Source: Mobula hypostoma (taxonomy: Eukaryota). From it: a stretch of DNA of 64,000 nucleotides. The notes below the pieces were generated by a model. It did not search any database. It was given only the letters and a program-made list of their open reading frames with translations, and was not told the DNA's origin. Positions 12,546 through 25,820 of this stretch are shown here, piece by piece. Where the stretch lies: NCBI RefSeq assembly GCF_963921235.1, contig NC_086097.1, forward strand, positions 161,450,001 to 161,514,000, written 5' to 3'. Positions within the stretch are counted from its first letter, which is position 1. Each line of letters begins with the position of its first letter. The position numbers and the translations under genes are program-made.

Positions 12546-14947
12546 GTGTCTCAACTGCGGACTCAGTTGCTCTTTACTCCAGTCCAGATGTGGAGATGGC
12601 CTGCTTGTCTATTTCAACAGGTAAACTTTGACAACCTTTGGATAGAATAGTTCTGTTTTCACTGATCACCAGTGGGAGGTTACAGACTTGAAAATTTTGT
12701 ATCATGTATTTCTATAGAATAAACCATTACATTTCAGATAATGCTTTTGCAACAACAAATGATTTCTGATGATGCTCCACAGTTTTGGTTGGCATAATAT
12801 GTTGCATTCATCCGCTCCAACAGAATTCAACAAAAATTGAAACTCCCCCTATCATTTATTGCCCTTTGTGTGGGCAGATCAGCATCTGCATTGGACACAA
12901 TGAAGCAATGGCTGTTGGAGAAAGAGTCAACAGTGCATGAGGCATCTGTTGTCACTGCTTCAAATATGTATGTATTATTCCATACTCTTGAACATTTACC
13001 AACTCGTCTGCTGAGAGATTGAGAGATCATCATTTGTGGATGTGGCTGAGTTCAGTACAGCTTAATTTGAAGGTAACGATGGAGAAGGGGGTGGGGAAGA
13101 CTAGCAACAAAATCACAAGGTTTGAAATTACTACGTTAGTTAGGGGTTAGCATAGATACTTTGGAAGTTATCAAGACACGGCCCTGAGAAAATAGTAAGG
13201 TTCTGTGAGTCAAGAACTATGGGATGAAGGTGGGAAGTTGTATCAAACAGTTGATATGTGCACATTACATTTGAAGATGATCAAGAACATGTTCAGGGTG
13301 AACCTGAGTTTGTGTCAGAGGATTGGTTCTGTGATGCTAGGTGGGAATACCTGAAATTACATGGATGAAGCTCACTGTAGAAGAAATAATGCATGTGAAT
13401 CCAGGCTATCTACCTTTGATACTAAGGTAGTTTTTAAAAAATCCTTTAGCTGAGATTGTAGAAGTTAAGAAGTCCACTATGTTAACTTAAGTATGTTGCT
13501 TTTGAATATACAGTATCTAATGATATTGTTAACATGGGTTTCTTTTTGTGGAAAAGTATGGACTATGCATATACTTCTAAGATCTCTACCATGAGACTAG
13601 CTTTTAAACATCACTGAAGACAAACCTTATTCTGCAGTGAGTAACACAACAATGGATGGTCAGATAGAACCTCCAACCATGTTCTAAGTAACAACCTGTG
13701 GATTCATCATAATAATTAAAATCTACTATTGGTTTAGATAGCGGGGGGGGGGAACTAATGGAACAGGCATTAGTTCGTCTTGCAGATCTATCTAATGTGG
13801 AGTATAGAGATCTTCTTGAGTTAAAGAATATGCACACTCCATTTTATTCGTCCTAGCTGATGTGCAACAACACACTACAATGGAGTAGGCAGTTTGAGAA
13901 GCTGCTTTCCTCTGCTGCTGGCACTGGGCTTCCCGGTATCTTTAATGCATAGCTCTCTGTGCCATTCAGTGTTGCTGCCGATGGTGAACCGTCTTCAGCT
14001 GAAAGATGGACCTTGGAGTAAGGGAAAATAGATGACAAAAATAGAGAGCAGACTTTGGAAGTATGTTCTGCGCCTTGAAAATACCAGGTTTACTCATTTG
14101 AATCTGCAGAAGAGGCATCGTAGAATTAAAGAAAAAATTATGCTTTCCAAAAGGGAAAGTGGGAGAATGGATTTTAATCCTATTTAAGATTGAGGAAACA
14201 AATTGCTAATTTGTATCCTGTTTCTGCCTTTTTTTTACATTGCATTAACTGATGTGTCCAGCTGTTTCCTGTTCAGATATTAACTGTGTTCATTAGTACT
14301 GAGCTATCCACCTGCCACATATCTAGGGGCCAACAGGAAAAGAAGCATTTCTTGTGCCAATAGGAAATGATATTGTTCTGACCAAGCTGTGAGGTGGACG
14401 GTAACGAGGAGACCGTCAGGCAGTTTAAGGTTGAGTCATTCTCTGTAAACTGAACGAACACAATGTGTTTTCCTGCAGCATGGATTTATGCTGATATTAT
14501 TGTTTTCAATCAGTAAATTGATGCTCAATACAGTCAATACATTCCGTGTGTGGTGTTGTGAGAAATGCTATTTTCAACTAATCCCACTACTTTTCAATTG
14601 TAGTAAAAGATTAGGCTTTCCTGTTTGTTATGAGTACTCTATTTCCATTAAAGTAATATAATTACCGTGGAAGATCTCCAATAGTTGTTTTAAGCTGCTG
14701 CTTTACTTGTTTTTTTTCTTAAAAAAAATTAAAACCATGGGAAATATCTATAGTGTTTTGAAGTAGAGTTGACTGTACAATGAGGACAGTACTGGAAGTT
14801 ATGCAAGTTAGAAATAATTGTAATCAATGAAACTTAAGTTTTTGTTAGTAATTTGGAGCAAAAATTATAGGCTGGCTTAAAGATGGGAAATAGAGTTTAT
14901 TATTTAGTACATAGCCTTGGGTTGTCTTGCTGGGCCTTCCATACAAA

Positions 14948-16330
14948 AATCAGAATCATTTTACTAGCACTGACATAGTTCGTGAAATTTGTTTTGCAAC
15001 AGCGTTACACTGAAAGACACAAAAATTGCTATGAGTTACAAAATAAATAGTGCAAAAAGTGAATATTGAGGTACTGTTCATGTTTTGTGGATAGTTTAGA
15101 AATCTGGTGGTGGAGGGGAAGAAGCTTTTCTTAAGACATTGAGTATGGGTCTTCAGGCTCCTCACCATCCCAATGATAGTAATGCCAGGAGGACGTCCCA
15201 ATGATGGATCTGCCTTCTTGAGGCACTGTCTCTTAAAGATGGCTTCAATGATTGGGAGAGTTGTGCTGCGATGGGACTGGCTACATTTACAACCTACTAC
15301 TGCCTCTTGTGTATTGGAACCTCCATTCCAGGCTGTGATGAAACCTGTCAAATTACTCTCCACCATATATCTGTAGAAATTTACGAGTCTTTGGTGACAC
15401 ACCCCAAATCTCCTTAAACACTTAATGAGCTAGCACTGCTGGCATACCTTCTTCACAATTGAATCAATGAATTGAATTGAACTGACTTTATTTCTTGTAT
15501 CCTTCACATACATGAGGAATAAAAATCTTTACATTACATCTCCATCTAAATGTGCAGTTATAGTAACCCATAATAATTTGTAATAAACAAAGCAGTCAAT
15601 GTAATATAGAGTACACTGAAATCAGCAAATCAGTCTGATGGCCTGGTGGAAGAAGCTGTCCCCGGAGCCTATTGGTTCTGGCTTTTATGCTGCAGTACCG
15701 CTTCCCGGATGGTAGCAGCTGGAATGACTTGGGTCCCCAATGATCCTACGGGCCCTTTTTACACACCTGTCCTTGTAAATGTCCTGAATCATGGGAAGTT
15801 CACAACTACAAATGCAATGGGCTGTCCGCACCACTCTCTGCAGAGTCCTGCAATTAAGGGAGGTACAGTTCTCATACCAGGCAGTGATGCAGCCAGTCAG
15901 GATGCCCCTGTAGAAAGATCTTAGAATTTTGGGGCCTATACCAAACTTCCTCAACTATCTGAGGTGAAAGAGGCGTTGTTGTGCATTTTTCACCACACAG
16001 CTGGTGTGTACAGACCATGTGAGGTCCTCGGTGATGTGGATGCTGAGAAACTTGAAGCTGTTTACCTTCTGAACCCCAGATCCATTGATGTCAATAGGGG
16101 TTAGCCTGTCTCCATTCCTTCTGTAATGCACAACCAGCTCCTTTGTTTTTGCGATATTGAGGGAGAGGTTGTTTTCTTGACACCACTGTGTCAGAGAGAT
16201 GCATTCTTCCCTGTAGGCCACCTTGTCAGTGTTTGAGATAAGGCCAATCATGTAGTGTCATCAGCGAAGTTAATTAGCAGGTTGGAGCTGTTTGAGCCCA
16301 GGATAGATCCTCGAAGATGTTGATGCCCAG
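14948..16330 (-). mobile_element. Two adjacent Rex1/Babar LINE 3' fragments
   Basis: ORFs with VESNLTGFITAW, ILTGCITAWY, WCQENNLSLNIAKTKELVV and FKFLSIHITEDLTW; microsatellite tails at ~14948 (AATCAGAATCA) and ~15470 (AATTGAATTGAA). Confidence 0.85.
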
Positions 16331-16465
16331 GAACTAAAATAGTGGGCTTACTTAAGCTAAGATATTTCTCCTGTCGTGATATCCTGCAATAATCTTCCTT
16401 TGAGACTGGCACAAAACATCACACCTTTCTGAGCAACATTTGATTTTGTTTAGTTATATAAATTT

Positions 16466-17980
16466 CCATAAGATATAGCAGCAGAATTAGGCCACTTGGC
16501 CTATTGCGTCTGCTCCGCCATTTCATCATGGCTGATCCAATTTTCCTTTCAGCCCAACCTCCTGTCTTCTCCCTGTATCCCTTCATGCCCCGACCAATCA
16601 AGAATCTATCAAACATAAAAAGAACTGGTCCCAACACAGACCCCTGTGGCACACCACTAGTCACCAGCAGCCAGTCAGAAAAGGCTCCCTTTATTCCCAC
16701 TGTTTGCGTCCTGCCTATCAACCACTGCTTTATACATCCTAGATTTATTCCTGTAATACCATGAGCTTGTAACTTTTTAAGCAGCCTCATGTGTGGCACG
16801 TTGTCAAAGGCCTTCTGAAAATCTAATTGCACATCATCAACCAGTTCTCCTTTGTTGATCCTGCTTGTTATTTCTTCAAAGAATTCCAACAGATTTGTCG
16901 AGCAAGATTTTCCCTTGATGAAACCATGCTGACTATGGTCTGTTTTATCATATGCCTCCGTTCCCTGAGACCTTATCCTTAATAATCGACTCCAACATTT
17001 TCCCAAACTCTGAGGTCAGACTAATTAGCCTATAGTTTGCAAACATGAGGAAATCTGCAGATGCTGGAATTTCAAGCCTATAGTTTCCATTATTCTGTCT
17101 CTCTCCATTCTTAAAGAGTGGGATGACATTTGCAGTTTTCCAGAACCATTCCTGAATCCAGTGATTCTTTAAAGATCATCACTAATGCCTCCACGATCTC
17201 TTCAGGTACTTCTTTCAGAACACTGGGATGTACACCATCTGGTTCCGGTGACTTAGCTACCTTCAGACCTTTCAGTTTCCCAAGAACCTTGTCTCTAGTT
17301 TTGTAACTTCACATATTTTGACCGCTGACACCTGGAACTTCCACCATACTGCTACTGTCTTCCACAGTGAAGAATAACACAAGATGCTTATTCAATTTGT
17401 CTGCCATTTCGTTGTCCCCATTACTACTTCTCCAGCATCGTTTTCCAGTGGTCCAATATCCACTCACCTCTCTTTTACACTTTATATATCTGAAGGAACT
17501 TTTGATATCCTCTTTAATATTATTGGCTAGCTTGCTTTTGTATTCCATCTTTACCTTAATGACTTTTTACTTGCCGCCTTTTGGTTTTGAAAAGCTTCCC
17601 AATCCTCTACCTTTCCACTTTATTTTTGCTCTATTATATTCCTTCCCTTTGGCTTTCATGTTGGCTTTGACTTCTCTTGTTAGCCATGTCATCTTTCCTT
17701 TAGAATACTTCTTCCTCTTTGGGATGTATATATCCCGTGTCTTCTGCATTGCTTCCAGAAATTCCAGCCATTGCTGCTCTGCCATCATCTCTGCCAGCAT
17801 TCTTTTCCAATCAGTTCTAATCAACTCCTCGTGCCTCTGTAATTCCCTTTACTCCACTGTAAAACTGATGCATCTGACTTTAGCTCCTTCTCAAATTTCA
17901 GAATGAATTCAATCATGTTATGATCACTTGCCCTTAAGGGTTCTTTTACCTTAAGCTCTCTAATCAACTCTGATTCCTTC
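16466..17980 (-). mobile_element. CR1 LINE ORF2 fragment with internal deletion
   Basis: SQHGFIKGKSCSTNLLEFFE, LDFQKAFD, GVPQGSVLGP; CR1 3' end at ~16466. Confidence 0.9.
17039..17074 (-). mobile_element. 36-bp Penelope-like tail-only insertion inside CR1
   Basis: GCAAACATGAGGAAATCTGCAGATGCTGGAATTTCA matches the terminal tail at 40058-40104; flanked by a perfect 12-bp TSD AGCCTATAGTTT (17027-17038 and 17075-17086). Confidence 0.85.
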
Positions 17981-18699
17981 TGTGCAAAAGCTTTACAATT
18001 TGTCTTTTATTGTCATTAAGTTGAATTGGGTTGGTCGTGATTTTGATTGAGTTTTTTTGCAATAACTATTTTTGGGTTGATGGGCGGCTTTCATGGTGAA
18101 CAAGGTAATCAGTGGTATTTGGTTGGGGCAGTATGGAGAAATAAAATGATATCTAGAACATGAAGAAACAAATGGTTAAATGTGTTTAAGTGTATTTGGA
18201 TATCAGAATGATACAGCACAACAACACATCCTCAGCCTACAAAATCTGTGCTAACCATCTATCACTCATATCTGCACCACCCCCATCATATTCTCCCCAT
18301 ATTCATATTTCTCAAGGGGCAAACTACAGTGGTTAATTCCCAACCCATAAGAGTTTTTGGGATGTGGGAGGAAAATGGGTTATCCAGAGGAAACCCAAGC
18401 AATCACAAGTACCTTGCCTCACCTTAGCAAGTACCAATTTATGTTCCTTTGGCAGAAATTCCTGTGATAAACACAGATAGAGAAGTGACATTTTGAAGTA
18501 ATTAAAAGCCAATTTGTAGGCAAGAATTGAAATTGTACTTTAAAACAAGGTAAGCTTATTTGGATCACTATACATGAAATTGAATGTGAATTTAAAAAAA
18601 TCTAAAATTGTAATGAAAATATTTCTATCCAAGCAGTCTATTGAATGGTTTGTTTCTACTTAAAGCACTACTTAAGAAGTTTCAACTGTCTTCTCACAG

Positions 18700-18888
18700 G
18701 TCTTCCAGAACAATACTACAGCCTCACCTGGTTTCTAAGCCCAATCCTGGGACTGATCTTCACTCCTCTGATAGGTTCTGCTAGTGACCGCTGCACTTTG
18801 AGTTGGGGCCGCCGCCGGCCCTTCATCTTAGCTCTTTGTATTGGAGTCCTCTTCGGAGTTGCCCTCTTCTTAAATGGCTCCCTCCTAG
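18700..18888 (+). CDS. SLC45A4: SLC45A4 coding exon (first one in window, 189 bp)
   Basis: TTCTCACAG|G...CTAG|GTAAAT. Encodes [46 protein letters not shown], the SLC45 family signature; phase-compatible with the next exon. Confidence 0.97.
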
Positions 18889-19929
18889 GTAAATAATGGA
18901 ATATTTTGCAGATATTTTCATTCATGTCTTGTAAGAGCAAGCAGATTATTCTGGATTTGTATGTGTTAGGCCACAATTTAAGCATACTAGTCACCAAGTT
19001 ACATGAAAGATGTGATTGCACTGCCATGTATGTTTCTCCAAAGAGTAATAACATAATAGAGCTGATTTAAGCCATGTTAAGCATGACTTGCCAACTAAGT
19101 CTGGTTCTCCCTTGTACAATTTGATTCTGCATTAAAGAATACAAATATTAGAGTCGGGATTTAGACAATCTGATTGAGAAGCAACAAGAGAAAGACTTGA
19201 GGAGTTATGGGCTCTACTTGGATTGCTGCTTAAAAGACAACTAGATTTTGCTACTGATATGAAAATGCATTGGTAGTTTGCATGGGAAGAGTTGTAGCAG
19301 ATAAATTTTAAATATAAAGTAATATATTCTGTTTCCTGTACCTTCCTGAAAATAAACTGGGGTATAAGAGCACAAACTTGCAAAATTACTGGTTTCAGCG
19401 AGGGAAGTAAAAAATGCTAACAGGGCATAAAGTGGATGGTATGGATTTAGTGGGCCAGAGGTTCTGTTTCCGTGCTGGATCTCCATGACTAAAAGGGAAA
19501 TGAGGAACATATGGTGTCAGAACATCATTATTACAAGTGGTTGAGGCAAATGGTTTGGATACATTACATTCTAAAGCAAGCTAGATGAGTACATGAGAAT
19601 AAATAAAATGAAGAGATATTGAAGTACTAAAATGAGGTAACTGGAAACGATGTTCCACGTAGCCTGTAAACATCACACATTAGTTGAGTAATTTGCTTCT
19701 ATGTTTCTATTCTATGCAAATACACAGGCTCTTTTTTTATAATTTGCTCTGATACTAAAAGTACTAAAAAGACCTGTATTTTCAAGTCCTTGTTGGCCTT
19801 TTTCAGACTGAGCAGCAAATGGAAAGTCCTTTTTTTAAAAAAAAAAGCTGATACAATAATTTTTCTCTAGGTTTTTATCTAAACAATTTTGCATATTTTC
19901 TTGCCTTAATTATTTTAGCTATGATTTCC

Positions 19930-20452
19930 TTGTTTATTTTTAGTTATTCCTGGTTAGCGCTTTCCACAACCAGTGATCATTACAGTAAATTGATGGCTTC
20001 TTCCCATGAAGCCAATTATGTATTCACTTAGCCAGCTCTTTCTAAATCCCATGCAATCTAACATTCCTGACTACCCTTCCATGTGGGACTTTGTCAAAGT
20101 CTATATAGACATTGTCCACTGCCTTGCCCTCATCAATCCTTTTGGTTATCTCTTCAAAAAAAAAAGTTAACAATTAAGTCATAATTTCCAACACACCAAG
20201 TATTGCTGACAATCCCTTATTAATCCTTGTCTATTCAAATGCTGGTAGATCACATCCCTAAATCCCCACCAGTAAATTACCCATCACTGATGTCAGTTTT
20301 CACCAGCCTTTAGTTTCCTGGCTTGTCTTTGCTGTCCTTCAATAATAGTAGAACATTTAGTGACATTCCAGTCTTCTGGAACTTCCCTGGCTGAAGATGA
20401 TGCAAATATCTGCAAAGCCACCACTATTCTTTCGTAGTTTTCCGCAATGTCT
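19930..20452 (-). mobile_element. Degenerate CR1 fragment
   Basis: Reverse complement of the KxFDKVPH region (ATGTGGGACTTTGTCAAAGT) and EVPEDWNVT. Confidence 0.65.
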
Positions 20453-20467
20453 AAGGATGCACTTAGA

Positions 20468-21124
20468 TACCATCTGGCAGCAGAGCAGGTCCCCAGTGAA
20501 AGTATCTTTAGGCAGGGGTGCTTCCCCTGTACATTGGGGACCTGGAGTGGAAGGGTGTTGCATCGGGCAGTACCGTGCAACAGATTCTTGAGCAGGTTCA
20601 CTGACACCTCATCCAGCTGTCCATTATGTGGGCAAGAGGAGTCAGTGTATGGAATGTTAGAGGTTGCAGCCGCTCTTTGAGTTTCTCAGGGTGCTGCTGC
20701 TGAGGTTCTGGCTGCACTTTAATCCCGCGCTTCTCTTGTACGGGCACCCAGTTCGGAAGGGGGTGGGGCGTGAGGAGGATCTCCTGGTGGGCTTGGTTCT
20801 GGACCTGGCCAAGATGGTCTAGGCGGTGGAAGGTGGAGGGTGCTGCCCGGGCTGGCTGGCTGCCTGCCTACCCCTTTTCCGAGGATATGTTCCTGCCCGG
20901 CTGTCCTTGGAGAGGGAGCACGCTATCGCAGCGGGCACATTTGGGGACTTCGGTGAGCAGTGGTTCCCCTCCCCCCCCCCGTAGTATTGACTGTTTTATA
21001 GACAGTAATAACCATATTTTAATTTGAGTATACATACTGTCTTGTAAATATTGATTGTCTGTGCCTTTGTGTATATTTGTTGTGTATATATATGTTGTAA
21101 ACTTTTATAGTTTTGTTTAAACAA
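20468..21124 (+). mobile_element. 5'-truncated Tx1-like (L1 superfamily) retrotransposon with 15-bp TSD
   Basis: RVLHRAVPCNRFLSRFTDTSSSCPLCGQEESV (Tx1-type ORF2 C-terminus); TSD AAGGATGCACTTAGA at 20453-20467 and 21125-21139. Confidence 0.85.
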
Positions 21125-21139
21125 AAGGATGCACTTAGA

Positions 21140-21600
21140 GTTGTAGAGCTACACAGCATGCAACAAGCCCTTCAACTAACTAGTCCATGCCGACCAAACT
21201 GCCTCATCTAAACTAGTCCTGTAAGTGCGTGACACATAACCTTCTAAAGCGTTCCTTCCATGTATTTATCCAAATGTCTTTTAAAAAAACTTTATTGTAC
21301 CTATTTCAAGACTTCTGGCAGCTCATTCCAAATTGATGCCTCTTTCTGTGTTTTTAACTTTAAAAAAAAATGCCCCTCAAGTTCCGATTAAATCTTGTCC
21401 CTCTCACCTTAAACCTATGCCCTCTAGTTCCTGACTCCCCAAACCTGGGAAAAGACTTGAGTGCATTCACTTTATCTCTGCCCTTCATGATTTATAAGAT
21501 CACCTCTCAGTCTCCTACACTGTAAGTAATAAAGTTCTAGCCTGTCCAAACTCTCCTTATAACTCAGTCCCTCAAGTGTGGCCTCACCAGCACATTGTGC
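21140..21600 (-). mobile_element. Degenerate CR1 3' fragment
   Basis: Reverse complement of a CR1 RT C-terminus/3' UTR (CCCTCTCACCTTAAACCTATGCCCTCTAGTT). Confidence 0.7.
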
Positions 21601-22049
21601 TTAGTCAGGCTGTGGAGATTTTTCAGCCTTAATGTGCTTTATGGGTGCTGGTAACTTCTCTTTGGTAATTCACATCCTGACATCATCATTTTCTGTCCAC
21701 AACTCTCATCCAAATGTTTTGCCGTATTTGTTGCAGTTTTGATTTTTCTCATACTTGTGATTTTTTTTTATTTTTGCACTGTACTACTGCTGCAAAACAG
21801 CAAATTTCATGAATTGAGTCAGTGTCAATAAATCTTATTCTGATTCCCGATTTAATCTATGGGTGTCTGAAATAGCTTTGCTAATTTCTCACTCAATGAA
21901 CTGATTTGAAGAATGCATTCCGACTGCAGTTAATGGTGATTTTTCTGCAACACAAGATTTTGCTGTAGGAAGTGAGTATTCTGGGTATTAAAACAAATGT
22001 AATGGGTGTTTTTTTTTCTAACTTGAGGATTTAATATCTCGTGTGTACC

Positions 22050-22865
22050 CCCACAATCTTTTCAGCTACTTTTTGCAGAACCCTGGGCTGTAGTATATCT
22101 GGTACATGTGACTTGCCTACCTTCAAACCTTCCAGCTGCCCAAGTACCTTCTCCTTAGTAATCGTAACTACACTCACTTTTGCTTCCCAACATTTTTGAA
22201 TGTCTAACATACTGCTAGTGTCTTCCACAGTAAAGACTGATACAAAAATACTTATTCATTTTGTCTGCTATTCCTTTGCCCCACATTACTACCTCCCCAG
22301 AGTCATTTTCCAGCAGTCCAATATCTATTTTCATCTCTCTTTGTCTCTTTATATGTCTGAAAAAATGTTTGGTATCCTTTTGTTTGTTTGTTTATTTATT
22401 TATTTAGCATGCCTTCATATTTTGTATTTTTCTCTCCTGAGGCTTTTTAGCTGCCTTGTTAGTTTTTAAAAGCTTCCCAGTCTTCACTGATCTTTGCTAT
22501 CTTATATGCTCTCTCTTTTGCTTTCATGCTGTCTTTGACTTGTTAGCCACAATTGTATCATCTTCCATTTAGAATACGACTTAATCTTGTGGATGTATCT
22601 GTCCTGTGCCTTCCAAGTTGCCCCCAGAAACTCCAGCCACTGTTGTTTTGCTGTCATCTCTGCTAGTGCTCCCTTCCTGTCTTTGGCCAGCTCCCCTCTC
22701 ATCCTCTGTGATTCCCTTCACTGTAGTTCTGATACATCTGATTTTATTTTCTTCCTTTCAAAATTCTATCATAGTATGTTCATTGTCCTCTAAAGGTTTC
22801 TTTACGTTAAGCTTCCTAATCAAATCTGGTTCTTTACACAACATCCAAGCCAGAATTCCTTTTTC
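22050..22865 (-). mobile_element. Degenerate CR1 ORF2 fragment
   Basis: ITKEKVLGQLEGLKVGKS and AKQQWLEFL are homologous to 60346-61188. Confidence 0.8.
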
Positions 22866-23993
22866 TCTTAATACCCCACACCCCATTAATTCTGTTTACT
22901 TCTAAAAATCCATTACAATACTCATGCCTTCTATCAAACTAGTATTTTTTTAAGTTTCATTCATTCACATGCTTTGGGGATTCCATAAACCTCTTTCACA
23001 TGAGAAAAAAAATGGTAGGAAGCAATACATAGGAAATGTTTCCTGTTTGTTTTCCTTTCATAAAAAAATATTCCCAAGCAACTGTCAAAGGAGTTTAAAT
23101 CCACATCCTATATTGTTAGAACACTTTCCGCTTATCAGATTCAAAATTTTAACCCACCTCCTGTTTATGATATTTAGAAGAAAAGATATAAATAAACACC
23201 TTTTCACGTGTGTTTTAAAAAATAATAATAATCCAGTACTTTTCCCATGCCACTTTGGCACCAATGTAATGAACAATGTGTGTGCTGATCTGTAAAGAGC
23301 ATGCTGAGGAGATTCGTTGAGGATATTGATTAGTATAGAATGTTTCATTTATGAGGAATGACGAAATAAAGCTGTGTTTGTTTTCCTTGAAGCAAAGTTA
23401 AATAGAAGATATTTTCCCAGTGGCAGAGGTGTCTGAGACTTGAGGACAGTGGTATAAGGTGATGAATACAAGGTTTAGAGGGGATGTGAAGAATTATTTT
23501 TATTCAGTGGCTGCAATCTTGATCTAGTGCCTGAGGAGCAGATTGAAGCAGATACTCTTACAGCATTTAGTCAGCATCTGGGCAAATGCTTGAATCACCA
23601 AGGCACAGTAGGCTACAGATTACATGCTGGTAAATGGGACTTTTAGTCAGTAAAGGCATGAGGGCTAAAACGCCTTGTTCTGTACAATTCTATGATGTCA
23701 GTTTGAATTTTGTATTTGACTATTCATTTTAGTAAGTTGGACTCTTTGATATCTAATGGAAACTTTCACCAGTGATCGCACTTTAAGGTAAAACAAAGAT
23801 TTGTAACACTGTAGATTAGTTGTCTGTTTAAATACTTCAGTTGACTTTAAACAAATTCTGCTGGTTTTCAAGATTACACTTAAATATTATTAATTGAAAG
23901 GTATCCATTGTGTGTGTTTGAAAATGGTGTTATAACTTTAATGCAAGCATTTCTGCCAATGTTTTTATTACAACAAAAAAATCTATTTTTCAG

Positions 23994-24173
23994 GTCTGGC
24001 CATTGGAGACGTTCCTAACCATCAGCCAATTGGCATAGCCCTGACTGTTGTTGGTGTAGTAATACTGGACTTCTGCGCAGATGCAACAGAGGGACCAATC
24101 AGAGCTTATTTGTTGGATGTGGCAGACACAGAGGAACAAGATATGGCACTCAATATCCATTCATTTAGTGCAG
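23994..24173 (+). CDS. SLC45A4: SLC45A4 coding exon (180 bp), absent from the ORF track
   Basis: TTTTTCAG|GT...GCAG|GTTTGA. Encodes GLAIGDVPNHQPIGIALTVVGVVILDFCADATEGPIRAYLLDVADTEEQDMALNIHSFSA. Confidence 0.96.
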
Positions 24174-25489
24174 GTTTGAAATCATCTGTTTTCAGTTAAT
24201 TAACATCTAATTGCAGGGCACTTCCTTGTGTCTACCCTTTTCATCCTCATTCCCCCCCCAGCTGCCTCCTCCCAAACCCCCTTTGAAAACTGGAGGCTGT
24301 GATGGGCAGAGCAGAGTGAGGAGCACTGAACAGATTCTCAAAATCAGAGTCAGCCACTCTTTCCACGCGTGCTTGCTCTGCCATCACAGACAGCTAAAGC
24401 TGTGGTTCTGTCCTATTCATGTTTTTGTACATTTACAACTTAAAAATGACTCAGGTTACAAGCAGTTCTACAGAATAGAATTTTGTCCTAACCTGGGGAT
24501 TATCCATGATTTATATTAAGTAATTTGTGATTGATCCATGTGCTTATAAAGTCTGTGATACAAAATACAAACTTACGACGTGAAAGTATTCCCAGCCTTC
24601 TGCTTTTACTGTTGTGTATTCTTTAATTCAATTTATCATCTGATGTAGATTACATGATGTTTTAAACTGGTTTATAACAAGGCCCCATTACCCTTGCTGG
24701 GGCATAGGCTGCTGACAGTATCTCACCAGAATCCTCTGTCCTGGACTGGTCTTTCAAGTAGTAGCCAGGTGTGGCCTATTGTGGTCTGTCCTTGCTCTAC
24801 CAGGGATGAGAGGTTTGGAGCTTCTGTTGGTGTTTCTGTAGCACTGGGTTTTTTACAGGACGGGGTTGCTAGCCCCATTCGCAAACTTCCTCCTTTTGCA
24901 GCTGGGCTTGAGACTGTCACAGCAGAGTTAGTTTACAACCAATTAGTTATTTCCAACAATGCAGTCGCAAATATATACAGAGCAAAGTCTCTCCAACAGT
25001 CATTCTTAATAATTCATTGTGACGTATACTGTATATTATCCAGGCTAAAATGCCAAAATAGTTTTGAGAGACTTTTTCACCCTGAGGGATCTCAGCTAAA
25101 TCCACTCTTCTGGTAGTGTAGCACTCCCTCAATGCTACACCAGAACATCATCCTAGATTCAGCTTTTGGAGTAGAACCTAAACCTATAAAGTAAAAGTTA
25201 ACAAAACTTGCTTTAAAAATTGTGCTATTTATTCTGTTGCATGGAAGAAACACTCACTGTGGCTATTCTAACTGGATTTTTCCTTTATTTTACTAATAAT
25301 TTTACTTATTAATACTGGTGTGTTGTTTTTTTGTGTTGCTTCATTATTCTCTCAGTGAGGGAATCCAAGCTCTGGTATTTTGATAACCTGTTTATTATCA
25401 TTAAATATACAGAATATTGAATTTTAAAGTGTTGTGTTAGCAGTCAGTGAAATTACTTGATTTTGTATATACTAGTTCAAACCGACTTC

Positions 25490-25760
25490 AGAAACCGAAA
25501 CTGCTGAAAGAACCCGGCAGGTTAGACAGCATCTATAGATGTCAATGTTTTGGATAGAGACCCTACTTCAAAATTGAAGGTGTAAAGAGGAGCCGGCCAG
25601 TGTAAAGGGGTGAAGCAGGAGCTGGCAGGCAATAAGTGACCCAGTCGAGGATGGATTGATGGGCAGATTGAGCTAGGTGGGGAAAGGAGGAGTGAAGATT
25701 GTGACAGAGGCTGGAAATTGATTAGTGGAGGCAAAGTGGACAAGTGTATTTGCTTTTGGA
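25490..25760 (-). mobile_element. Old Penelope-like pseudo-LTR fragment
   Basis: GAACCCGGCAGGTTAGACAGCATCTATAG...GTTTTGGATAGAGACCCT resembles the terminal region of the 40058-42290 element, followed by a purine-rich tract. Confidence 0.55.
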
Positions 25761-25820
25761 GTATACTACCATAATCTGCACTAAGTTGCTTTGGCATTTC
25801 TGCTTCCAATTTCTCCCTAG

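Noticed and set aside
13500..14940. Repeat-poor intronic stretch as a possible enhancer or alternative exon
   Set aside because: No frame-compatible exon or recognisable motif; conservation cannot be judged without alignments.
2741..18699. First coding exon of SLC45A4
   Set aside because: I found no segment encoding the expected N-terminal GREFCYAME-type motif; it is presumably upstream of the window.
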